Shown here piece after piece: positions 1 through 7,377 of a stretch of 35,801 nt of DNA. The position numbers and the translations under genes were made by a program. Below the pieces are notes generated by a model, which made no database searches, was not told the DNA's origin, and was given only the letters and a program-made list of their open reading frames with translations. Position 1 is the stretch's first letter, and every line of letters begins with the position of its first letter. Source of the DNA: a virus (lineage: Duplodnaviria > Caudoviricetes); IMG/VR virus record IMGVR_UViG_3300032303_002091, positions 1 to 35,801 of that record; one strand, written 5' to 3'.

Positions 1-1042
1 AGTACATTAGTGTTATCACGGTCTTGTCGTTGACCAAGCCCAAGTCCAAGGCAATAATTCTATGTATGTTGGACATTTCATTAAAGTTAAATTGACCAGT
101 TTTGTATATGGGCCAATCAGCAATTTGAAACACAGCACCTTTACCCATGACAGGCTTGCCAGCAATACGTGCTTCTCGTTCATGCGGTAAGTAGTCTCTT
201 TCCAATTGCCGTCTTGTTTCGTTCAATAAGAATGGCTGCCCCCATGGATCATATTCTGGCACATCATCCCATGCCACACGAATGTATTCATATCCTTCAC
301 TGCGATTCCAAAACTTGCTTACAAGTCCGTTGAGTCCTTTGAGTGGCGTAAACGAACAGAGGACTTTACCTTGTGTAGTTGCTGTACGAGTAACGATCTC
401 ACTGAAGAAATCATCTGGAGGTTGTTCGTCAAAGACTGCGAGATTAAGTTTGAAACCCTGTAACTGGCGTACCTCCTGAGTATAATTAGCAAATAGAAGA
501 TAACTATTGTTCCCGCTATTATGCCTAACTTCAACACCAATACAGTTGGCACCATCATTTCGCATAGTATCAACAATGATACAGCGGCGAGGAATAGCAC
601 CAGTTCCCAAGTTTTCAGTAATTTTAACATCTTGTGTTCCTATAAGTTCATTCTGTAGTACAAGGGCCACCTGACTCCAACCTTCGCCTGCTACCATACA
701 AGTTATGGGTTTGTCAAACCGGTAACCTTGCCACCAATCCGGATATTCTCCTGTTAGGTGCATGGCTGTTTCATAGCAGGTACTGACTGTTTTACCGATT
801 CGGTTGGCGGCCAATATCCCTCGGCGCTCACTTGCGCCAGTAGTAAAGAATTGTTTTTGATGCTCAAATGGTCTAAAGTATTTGAGTTGATTGAACTGCA
901 TGTCATCAGCCACAGCAATACTCAATTCCTCAAATTGCTCTCGCAATGCAGGAGGTATTGTGGTTAATGATTCATTGCTGAGATTGTGTGTGTCCAACAC
1001 ATATCTCAACGCACGAGCCATGAGTATTTCTGTACCAACCAT
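1..1042 (-). CDS. terL: Terminase large subunit, N-terminal part (ATPase domain plus start of nuclease domain); runs off the window edge
   Basis: Not in the ORF track; translated by hand from ATG at 1042. MVGTEILMARALRY...FRPFEHQKQFF (adenine-binding Q motif)...GILAANRIGKT (Walker A)...AMHLTGEYPDWWQG (P22 gp2-like)...LAVFDEQPP (Walker B)...IIALDLGLVNDKT (RNase H-like nuclease Asp). The frame stays open to position 1. Confidence 0.95.
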   Translation of the reverse strand, partial: MVGTEILMARALRYVLDTHNLSNESLTTIPPALREQFEELSIAVADDMQFNQLKYFRPFEHQKQFFTTGASERRGILAANRIGKTVSTCYETAMHLTGEYPDWWQGYRFDKPITCMVAGEGWSQVALVLQNELIGTQDVKITENLGTGAIPRRCIIVDTMRNDGANCIGVEVRHNSGNNSYLLFANYTQEVRQLQGFKLNLAVFDEQPPDDFFSEIVTRTATTQGKVLCSFTPLKGLNGLVSKFWNRSEGYEYIRVAWDDVPEYDPWGQPFLLNETRRQLERDYLPHEREARIAGKPVMGKGAVFQIADWPIYKTGQFNFNEMSNIHRIIALDLGLVNDKTVITLMY

Positions 1043-1050
1043 GACTGTGT

Positions 1051-1239
1051 TTAACGTTTTGCTTTGCGTAGTTTAGCAGATAGATACTGTATTAAGATTT
1101 CAACTTCTTCTGGGTCTAAATGAAACTCAGTATATGTATCTGGTTCGCCATCGCGACTCATACGAAAGTATATCTTGTAAGTGTCATTATCCCATTCAAC
1201 ATCTACACTACTGCTGTCATCATGCATAATATTGATCAT
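1051..1239 (-). CDS. Hypothetical protein (62 aa)
   Basis: ATGA overlap with the upstream gene, AAGGAG Shine-Dalgarno (SD), fills the gap before terL. Confidence 0.7.
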   Translation of the reverse strand: MINIMHDDSSSVDVEWDNDTYKIYFRMSRDGEPDTYTEFHLDPEEVEILIQYLSAKLRKAKR

Positions 1240-1535
1240 TGATTGATCTCCTTATGTATTTGATATATTTCGTGCAAGGCTGTGCTTAACAAGGCAATTT
1301 CTTCTGCTGTGCTGGTCCATGTTTCAGGATCATTTAATTTTTCTGGCTTGTCTATCAGCATGGCCTGTAGGCGTTCTGCAATTAGACGCATGACATGTTC
1401 TACCTGGCCAGGAAAGCGAATCTTAAATGCTTCTTTGTGCGCGGCATTGACCTTTTGCAAAATCAATGTGTCACGTGTGCGAGCAGCCTCTTGTGCTTGA
1501 AAGATAGCTCCATCTCTCATTGTGCTGTCTGTCAT
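1236..1535 (-). CDS. Hypothetical helical protein (99 aa)
   Basis: Start moved to MTDSTMRDG at 1535, just after the upstream stop and a GAGG SD, which removes the overlap. Confidence 0.75.
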   Translation of the reverse strand: MTDSTMRDGAIFQAQEAARTRDTLILQKVNAAHKEAFKIRFPGQVEHVMRLIAERLQAMLIDKPEKLNDPETWTSTAEEIALLSTALHEIYQIHKEINQ

Positions 1536-1536
1536 G

Positions 1537-2403
1537 TTAACCGCCTCTAATATCTGTGCCCCATGGATCAACAATGGCTTCTTGGTTAAACTGTCCAAAA
1601 TCTCTGTCAACAAATGTGTCCCAAATATTGCCAGCATTGATACGCATACTTTGCATCATGGTGCGTAGTCTACGACCTGTTGGTGTTAATGTACCGTCTT
1701 CGCGTTGTACCATTTGTTCGCCAGTGGCTGCACCAATCCATTTGATAATCTCTGGGCGTGTGCGACCATACTTGTCAATCTTTGATCCAACTTCTTTCTT
1801 TTCCCATGGGCCATTGATTTCATAACTGATTGTGCCATCATTGTACTTGCGAAACGTGCAGTGACATTTTTTACCTAATGCTCTATATTCTGGATCTGGA
1901 TGTGGCACAAATGGACTAAAGAAATAGTTTTGCATTTCGCTTTCGGGCGGTAAACTTTTATCTCTGGCAGGAATTGGAGGCATGGGTTCTTCTGGCACCA
2001 TGTCCACGCGATCTAAATAGGGGTTTTCATTACCAATAAAAGCTGGATCTATGTATACACCATTGAGTGCATCCATGGCAGTTTGATATTTTAATTTGTT
2101 GGCACGACCTTTTAAGTTTAACACTATGCCAGTTTCATCAAACACAAAGCGTTCAAGTTCTCGGGCTGTGGGAAAGTCTGTCATTAGGCCTTCCAAGTCA
2201 AATTCTGCTGTGCTGGTGGATTTTGGCAGTTGTGCTCGGCCTGCCACTGCTTCTGCAACATCTAAGATGTCTTGTGCTATGTCATCTGGTTGCGGAAGGT
2301 CGTATGGCGATTCTGGTGGCACACAAAGTTCTTCTGGCTCTGCTGTTGCCAATTGTGGTTCTTCCCAAACGCTGGCCTGTTTGGTTACTGTTGTTTTTTT
2401 CAT
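1537..2403 (-). CDS. Hypothetical protein (288 aa) with acidic N-terminus
   Basis: Long ORF with TAAGGA SD; no recognised motif. Confidence 0.85.
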   Translation of the reverse strand: MKKTTVTKQASVWEEPQLATAEPEELCVPPESPYDLPQPDDIAQDILDVAEAVAGRAQLPKSTSTAEFDLEGLMTDFPTARELERFVFDETGIVLNLKGRANKLKYQTAMDALNGVYIDPAFIGNENPYLDRVDMVPEEPMPPIPARDKSLPPESEMQNYFFSPFVPHPDPEYRALGKKCHCTFRKYNDGTISYEINGPWEKKEVGSKIDKYGRTRPEIIKWIGAATGEQMVQREDGTLTPTGRRLRTMMQSMRINAGNIWDTFVDRDFGQFNQEAIVDPWGTDIRGG

Positions 2404-2423
2404 TACTGTTCCTTACTATACTA

Positions 2424-2443
2424 AAGAAGCATATTTGCTTCTT
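2424..2443 (-). terminator. Intergenic hairpin, possible terminator or processing site
   Basis: AAGAAGCA-AATA-TGCTTCTT perfect 8-bp stem with a short T run. Confidence 0.45.
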
Positions 2444-2446
2444 GTT

Positions 2447-2456
2447 TATTTATTTA
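2447..2456 (-). promoter_or_regulatory. Tandem TAAATA late-promoter-like motifs
   Basis: Minus strand CTAAATAAATA overlapping the stop of 2450..3568, upstream of 1537..2403. Confidence 0.45.
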
Positions 2457-3568
2457 GGTATTCTTGCGCGAGTGGCCGCCATTTGCTGTTGTTGTGCGTT
2501 TATTCTGGCTGTATTGGTGCTTACAGGAGGCTTATATGCAGTTTGCGCTTGTTGATACTGCGGAGCCTGTGGTGTAAATATGGCCTGCGGTATTGGACCT
2601 GCTGGAGAGGCTGGTGCGGCTGGTGCGGCTGGAGCCGACGGTGCACCATATACGTCTTCCATTGTGAGGCCATACTGCTCTGGTGTTGCGATCACCATAG
2701 AGATGCCCGAATTATTGGCATTATAATAATCTTGCAAACGTTGTTCTTTAGTCCTATTGGTAAAATCATATCCTTCGGCAGGTCCTCCTCCACCTCCTCC
2801 ATTTGGATCTGGTGTCATGCCTGGTCGTATATACGGGCCGGCATAGATTTCAACGCCATATGGTAAACCTGTTGCAGGATTTCTATCGTCCTCCCATGAT
2901 TTTAGTGGTTCTGGCGTTGGCAATGGAGGAGCGATACCAATTGTATTCATTTGTCTTTGGGCTGCTTCTATCCAATCAGGTTGTGGAGTTGGCGTAGTTG
3001 GCGCCGTTTGTCCTGGATTACCAAATATTTTATTTTGATAATTTTGATAATTTTGTTGTGGAGTTATTTGATTTTGCATAAAGGCAGTTTGTGAATTCAT
3101 AGCCTGTTGTTGCGGTTGATTAAAGTTAGGTGTGTAATTACGGTTTGGCTGACCATATATAACATTAGCGTAGTCGTTATATGTTTGTTGTGGAGTTATT
3201 TGATTTTGCATAAAGCCGGTTTGTGAATTCATAGCCTGTTGTTGTTGTGGATTTAATCCACCAGAAGCTGGCCCTGAACTTTTGCCCATGCCTATTTGCG
3301 GTTGATTCATCTGCGGTTGATTATATCCACCACGGCCACCACCATAACTACGTCCTGGTAAAGGTATAGGTTGATCCATTGGACTGCCATTTAATGGGCC
3401 TCCACCAAATCTATTTGAGCGATAGTCATTACCAAAGCTGTTACCAAACGTTTGATTATTACCATAACCGCCGCCATAGCCTTGATTATAATTGCCTTGA
3501 TAACCACCGCCGGTAGATTTGCCACCGCCCGTGTTGCCACCGCCATAATTTTGTGAAGACGCTCCCAT
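2450..3568 (-). CDS. Gly/Asn/Gln/Pro-rich low-complexity protein (372 aa)
   Basis: TAAGGA SD; prion-like G/N/Q/Y N-terminus; internal duplication. Confidence 0.8.
   Translation of the reverse strand: MGASSQNYGGGNTGGGKSTGGGYQGNYNQGYGGGYGNNQTFGNSFGNDYRSNRFGGGPLNGSPMDQPIPLPGRSYGGGRGGYNQPQMNQPQIGMGKSSGPASGGLNPQQQQAMNSQTGFMQNQITPQQTYNDYANVIYGQPNRNYTPNFNQPQQQAMNSQTAFMQNQITPQQNYQNYQNKIFGNPGQTAPTTPTPQPDWIEAAQRQMNTIGIAPPLPTPEPLKSWEDDRNPATGLPYGVEIYAGPYIRPGMTPDPNGGGGGGPAEGYDFTNRTKEQRLQDYYNANNSGISMVIATPEQYGLTMEDVYGAPSAPAAPAAPASPAGPIPQAIFTPQAPQYQQAQTAYKPPVSTNTARINAQQQQMAATRARIPK
3052..3244. repeat. 61-bp direct repeat, two copies (3052-3112 and 3184-3244)
   Basis: Both encode QQQAMNSQT[AG]FMQNQITPQQ; two mismatches. 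Confidence 0.9.
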
Positions 3569-3582
3569 GATTTATTCCTTAA

Positions 3583-3888
3583 TTAACTGTTTACGCTGGC
3601 GCCCATTGCACCACCGTTTTTACTACGCTTGCCAGTGTTGCCACGAGTTGGACCACGACCCACATTGGTATTAGCATGTAGGCCTTCTACTGCCGGATCA
3701 CGGAATGATTTCATGCCACGACCGCGATTTTCCAATGCTGTAGTAACCATGTCTGCCAAGGCTGATTTTTCACTGCCACTGGCTGACTTGTCCGCCATAA
3801 AAGCACTGCGCTTGTCTGGTGTACCCATGTTGCCATTGCGTGGGCCTTGCGGTTGATTGATCTTGTGACCTGTTGAAGTTGTTTTCAT
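3583..3888 (-). CDS. Hypothetical basic Gly-rich protein (101 aa)
   Basis: TAAGGA SD; tight packing with neighbours. Confidence 0.8.
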   Translation of the reverse strand: MKTTSTGHKINQPQGPRNGNMGTPDKRSAFMADKSASGSEKSALADMVTTALENRGRGMKSFRDPAVEGLHANTNVGRGPTRGNTGKRSKNGGAMGASVNS

Positions 3889-3899
3889 AATCTATTTCC

Positions 3900-4274
3900 T
3901 TAAATTGTTGCGTTCAAGTTTAATACAGGAGTGATATACACTGGACTTGAACTGGCTGCCACACAAGCAACATAAATTGTTTGTGGTGGCAAACTGGGAC
4001 CATCACCTACTTGCACAATAACTTCACCATATGCTGGAATACAGCAACTACCGGCATTGGCACCATCACCTGTGGGAATAACAGCCGTTTGGCTTGTTGT
4101 ACCTGTACTAAAATAAATGTTTTGGTCAGCACTGCCATTGGTAATTTTTAAGAACAGGGGACCTGGTTGTCCATTAAATCCAAAGCCTGCTTCACCAGGG
4201 GTGATATTAATTTGACTGCTGGAACTTGTGGCAGTAACTTTGTGCGTTAGACCAGTAACTTGATATGCGTTCAT
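3900..4274 (-). CDS. Hypothetical beta-rich protein (124 aa), possible capsid decoration or small virion protein
   Basis: TAAGGA SD; beta-strand pattern and a YITP C-terminal motif typical of small phage virion proteins. Function is inferred. Confidence 0.6.
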   Translation of the reverse strand: MNAYQVTGLTHKVTATSSSSQINITPGEAGFGFNGQPGPLFLKITNGSADQNIYFSTGTTSQTAVIPTGDGANAGSCCIPAYGEVIVQVGDGPSLPPQTIYVACVAASSSPVYITPVLNLNATI

Positions 4275-4286
4275 TTATTTTATTCC

Positions 4287-4766
4287 TTAATATTGGCTCT
4301 TAGGACCAAAGTTCATAGGACCGCTACCTTGACCCAATTGTTTCTTGACTGGGTTAGTGCCTTTGCTCATTGTGCCATCGCCCATTGAGTAACCACTTAC
4401 ATTGATACGATCTGGATTGCCATTATAGTTTTGACCTGCACTGGGCATGAATGATCTTGTGCCACTGGGATTACGCACTTGAGGATTGGCGCTGCCTGGA
4501 AACATGTCGCGACCTGGTTGGTGCGCTGGCACACTGGCCGTTGGAGCAGGACGGTAAGCATCTTTAGTAGCACTTGGGCCACCACTTGTGCGATGATCTT
4601 GATTGCCTACACGAGGACCAGTGCCTTCATTGAATAATTTGTTGGGGTTTTGCACACCACTATATTTGTTGCCAGAGAATTTGTTAGCACCGCGGTTTAC
4701 ACCGTCACCGGCCATGCCGTCAAAGTCTAAGTTGCGGTCGTTTTGAGTTTTGCTATTAGATTTCAT
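4287..4766 (-). CDS. Hypothetical Gly/Asn/Pro-rich disordered protein (159 aa)
   Basis: ATGA overlap with the upstream gene; AGGAAAG SD. Confidence 0.8.
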   Translation of the reverse strand: MKSNSKTQNDRNLDFDGMAGDGVNRGANKFSGNKYSGVQNPNKLFNEGTGPRVGNQDHRTSGGPSATKDAYRPAPTASVPAHQPGRDMFPGSANPQVRNPSGTRSFMPSAGQNYNGNPDRINVSGYSMGDGTMSKGTNPVKKQLGQGSGPMNFGPKSQY

Positions 4767-4921
4767 TTGTTCTTTCCTTTAGTCTTCATTGACTTTTTAC
4801 CTGCTTCACGTTTTGTTTCATACGCGATTGCCACGGCCTGTTTGACAGGCTTGCCGGCTTTGACTTCGGCACTGACATTCTCATTGAATGCTCGTTTGCT
4901 TGTTGATTTCTTTAATGGCAT
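4763..4921 (-). CDS. Small basic conserved phage protein (52 aa, MPLKK...KQAVAIA type)
   Basis: MPLKKSTSKRAFNENVSAEVKAGKPVKQAVAIAYE matches a small protein type common near phage packaging genes. The ATG at 4921 lies 5 nt after TAAATA. Confidence 0.8.
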   Translation of the reverse strand: MPLKKSTSKRAFNENVSAEVKAGKPVKQAVAIAYETKREAGKKSMKTKGKNK

Positions 4922-4925
4922 AATA

Positions 4926-5291
4926 TTATTTATCCTCGGCAGCAAGGCCAGTTAGTTTTGCCAGTGCGGCTGCAAATGCGGCTTTCTTGGCTTCCACAGC
5001 GTCTGCGCTGTCAGTTACTTCTATCTTTGCCAAACTATTCATTACTTTGTTTAGGATCAAATTATGATACTTTAGCATCAGCTGTGTGTCTCTATTGCTA
5101 CGTGCTTCCATAAAGTCTTCTACCAATAATTCTTCATAATTGCGGCCATTGTTTTTGGCTGCTACTTGCTGTAGCAAGTTTTCAATTGTAACTGCGTTCT
5201 TACTGCCTTTGGGGCGGCCAGCACCAGGCTGAACACCGCCAAACTTGCGTTTGACGGGTGCGGGTTCTTTGATTTCGTTTGTGTCTTTCAT
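4926..5291 (-). CDS. Probable terminase small subunit / DNA-binding protein (121 aa)
   Basis: KFGGVQPGAGRPKGSKN motif, typical of DUF5681-like small terminase N-termini, followed by helices. Confidence 0.6.
   Translation of the reverse strand: MKDTNEIKEPAPVKRKFGGVQPGAGRPKGSKNAVTIENLLQQVAAKNNGRNYEELLVEDFMEARSNRDTQLMLKYHNLILNKVMNSLAKIEVTDSADAVEAKKAAFAAALAKLTGLAAEDK
4927..4932 (-). promoter_or_regulatory. TAAATA late-promoter-like motif (leaderless geometry)
   Basis: GATAAATA-ATATT-ATG. Confidence 0.55.
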
Positions 5292-5296
5292 AATGT

Positions 5297-5314
5297 TATT
5301 TATGCCGATAAATA
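5297..5314. promoter_or_regulatory. Back-to-back divergent TAAATA motifs
   Basis: Minus-strand CATAAATA (core 5297-5302) lies 5 nt before the ATG at 5291. Plus-strand GATAAATA (core 5309-5314) precedes an AAAGGA SD and the ATG at 5337. Confidence 0.65.
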
Positions 5315-5336
5315 CACTACATAGAAAGGACCAGCA

Positions 5337-5846
5337 ATGTTAAATTACACATGGAACAGAGCCTCGGGGCAGGACATTCAAAACATAGTCAACTTGGCAG
5401 AACAGCATTTTAGTGCGGACATAGATAAAATATTTCAACCCAATCCCATTACCTACAGCAGACATATCACACATGCTGTGGTCAATCAATATTACAATCC
5501 CAACAAAGAATTATTATTAGTAACTTATGCGGATGATAAACTCTTGGCCTATACTTGGGCACAGGCAGATCATCGTTGCAATTGGAGTGATGACGCCATG
5601 GTCAATGTCAACATGGCCAGTGTAGACATGCAACTAAATGCTCGTCAACGTGTTATGTTGGTCAAAGACATGATGAAGTTATGGGAATATTTTGCTGAGA
5701 TGGCTGGCAATGACATTGTGTGCAGTACCACCGTGCGTTATGAGCAAGATGGATTTCTCAAACTACATGCTCGCATGGGTTATGACATACGAGGATCAGT
5801 TGCTTATAAAAAGTTGGCCACGACAAAAGCTACTCCTGCCAATTAG
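5337..5846 (+). CDS. GNAT-like acetyltransferase (169 aa)
   Basis: N-terminal RASGQDIQNIVNL, central LLLV...KLLAYTWA strands, C-terminal FLKLHARMGY (GNAT motif B-like). This is the only convincing plus-strand gene. Confidence 0.65.
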   Translation: MLNYTWNRASGQDIQNIVNLAEQHFSADIDKIFQPNPITYSRHITHAVVNQYYNPNKELLLVTYADDKLLAYTWAQADHRCNWSDDAMVNVNMASVDMQLNARQRVMLVKDMMKLWEYFAEMAGNDIVCSTTVRYEQDGFLKLHARMGYDIRGSVAYKKLATTKATPAN

Positions 5847-5853
5847 TTGATGC

Positions 5854-5907
5854 TTGAGGATGAAAGCCGCAAAATATCCTCAATCCTTTATAGTGGCCTG
5901 GCGGCTT
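5854..5907 (+). other. Predicted H-type RNA pseudoknot between convergent genes
   Basis: Stem 1 TTGAGGAT (5854-5861) / ATCCTCAA (5876-5883); stem 2 AAGCCGC (5864-5870) / GCGGCTT (5901-5907). Confidence 0.5.
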
Positions 5908-5911
5908 GACT

Positions 5912-6343
5912 CTATTCCAATGTACTACGTATCATCCAAATAGACTTTTCTATGTCTAATGCTTGATCTTGACCGTAGTTACTGATTTCTTCTAATCCTT
6001 CATCACTGGCCACAACAATAAGTTCTTTGTAGTCTGCCAGTAGTGTTTCCAAATCCATCATTACCAAATCTAACAATTCATCTGCTGAGCCTTCAATGGC
6101 ATCATTGGGTATGGTGCTGGTGCTGACCACTTCAAATATATCACAGGGCATGTATTCCTGCATGGTGCGTAGGATCTCACCTATCTTGTCAATTTGTTCC
6201 TGGCGTCTTTCATAAACACCTTGTAGCAGTTTGTGATCACTACGAAAATTACGACCAGTAATGTTTACATGTGCCGCATGACTGCGAAAGTAAGTGACAA
6301 AGTTGTTTTTGAAGATCTGTGTTAGTTGTTCTGCTGTGGTCAT
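5912..6343 (-). CDS. dps: Dps family ferritin-like protein (143 aa)
   Basis: HAAHVNITGRNFRSDHKLLQGVY...IDKIGEILR matches the Dps HWNxxGxxFxxxHxxxExxY...DxxAER ferroxidase signature; C-terminal EKSIWMIRS. Confidence 0.9.
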   Translation of the reverse strand: MTTAEQLTQIFKNNFVTYFRSHAAHVNITGRNFRSDHKLLQGVYERRQEQIDKIGEILRTMQEYMPCDIFEVVSTSTIPNDAIEGSADELLDLVMMDLETLLADYKELIVVASDEGLEEISNYGQDQALDIEKSIWMIRSTLE

Positions 6344-7377
6344 TGTTGTTGTCCTAATATTCTTTTGGCGGCTTGTACACGCACAGCCATATTTAATCTA
6401 TCTTTGTCTAATATTGCACGTTCTTCAGCAGTAACATTACCATATGGCATATTTCTAATGGCTGTTCTTTGATTCATTGCACCTGCGGCTGCTTGGCTTG
6501 GTGCTTCACCACGCAGTTGTTGAGCATATGGATTATATTGTAAGCCCTGTGCATTGGGATTGGCTTCAATTTGCTTTTTGTTTTCAGCAAATTGATTTAC
6601 CATGTCATAGGCCAACATGGCATTGCCCACAGGACCTATTACTCTTGCCGCGCCACGCAGTGCTGGTCCAGCAACTTTCATTGCTTGCTCGCCATACGTG
6701 GGCACTGTTTTCAAATATTCAGCCGCTGCCTGTGCAAATTGTGGATTGGCTGCCATGGCTGCTTCAGCCGCCGGAGTTTTTAACAATGATCTAACAGCAT
6801 TGTTGCCAGGCCCAGCTGGTACACCCGCATTGGTAGGTGGTCCATACGTGCTGGATATTGTTTTACGAAAGCCTGTAGGATCATTTTGATATAATGCTCT
6901 TTGCATGGCATTGTAAGCATCTTTTGTTGCTTGGCCTTTGCCTAATTCTTGTCCAGCACCGGTAAGTCCTTGTTTGACCGCTTGATATTTGTCATATGCG
7001 CTTAATGCTTGTTGGCCTGCGGCAATGGGAGGTATACCCACAGTGGCCAAACCCAATGCATCTACAGCAGGAGCCAGCATGGGTCTTGCTTTGTATACAT
7101 CAACTGTGTTTTTCAAACCTTGTCCTACAGATTCTGCATAAGGACCCACAGCGGCTTTAGCAGCCTGACCCAATTCTGCTATGCCTGTTGGCGCACCATA
7201 ACCATATGCTGTGACAGGTATGCTGGCCGCTTCTGCTACTGCACCCACTGTGCTGGAGGCGGCCGGTGCGGCCGGTGCAGCCGGAGCCATACTGGCTGCC
7301 GCTTCGTCAATGTCAGCCTGAGTAGGTTCTTTTTCAAACTCTACCCGTTGTCCATTGACTTCATATATGAATGCCAT
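6340..7377 (-). CDS. Putative internal virion / DNA ejection protein (345 aa)
   Basis: Ala-rich helical protein downstream of the transglycosylase-bearing protein; N-terminal YEVNGQRVEFEKEPT module. Confidence 0.6.
   Translation of the reverse strand: MAFIYEVNGQRVEFEKEPTQADIDEAAASMAPAAPAAPAASSTVGAVAEAASIPVTAYGYGAPTGIAELGQAAKAAVGPYAESVGQGLKNTVDVYKARPMLAPAVDALGLATVGIPPIAAGQQALSAYDKYQAVKQGLTGAGQELGKGQATKDAYNAMQRALYQNDPTGFRKTISSTYGPPTNAGVPAGPGNNAVRSLLKTPAAEAAMAANPQFAQAAAEYLKTVPTYGEQAMKVAGPALRGAARVIGPVGNAMLAYDMVNQFAENKKQIEANPNAQGLQYNPYAQQLRGEAPSQAAAGAMNQRTAIRNMPYGNVTAEERAILDKDRLNMAVRVQAAKRILGQQQ

Noticed and set aside
282-1076. Short ORFs 282..479, 319..630, 758..967 and 891..1076
   Set aside because: They overlap the terminase frame, which the ORF track missed because it runs off the window edge.
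2067-2997. Plus-strand ORFs 2067..2555, 2096..2866 and 2803..2997
   Set aside because: Antisense to well-supported minus-strand genes, with implausible composition.
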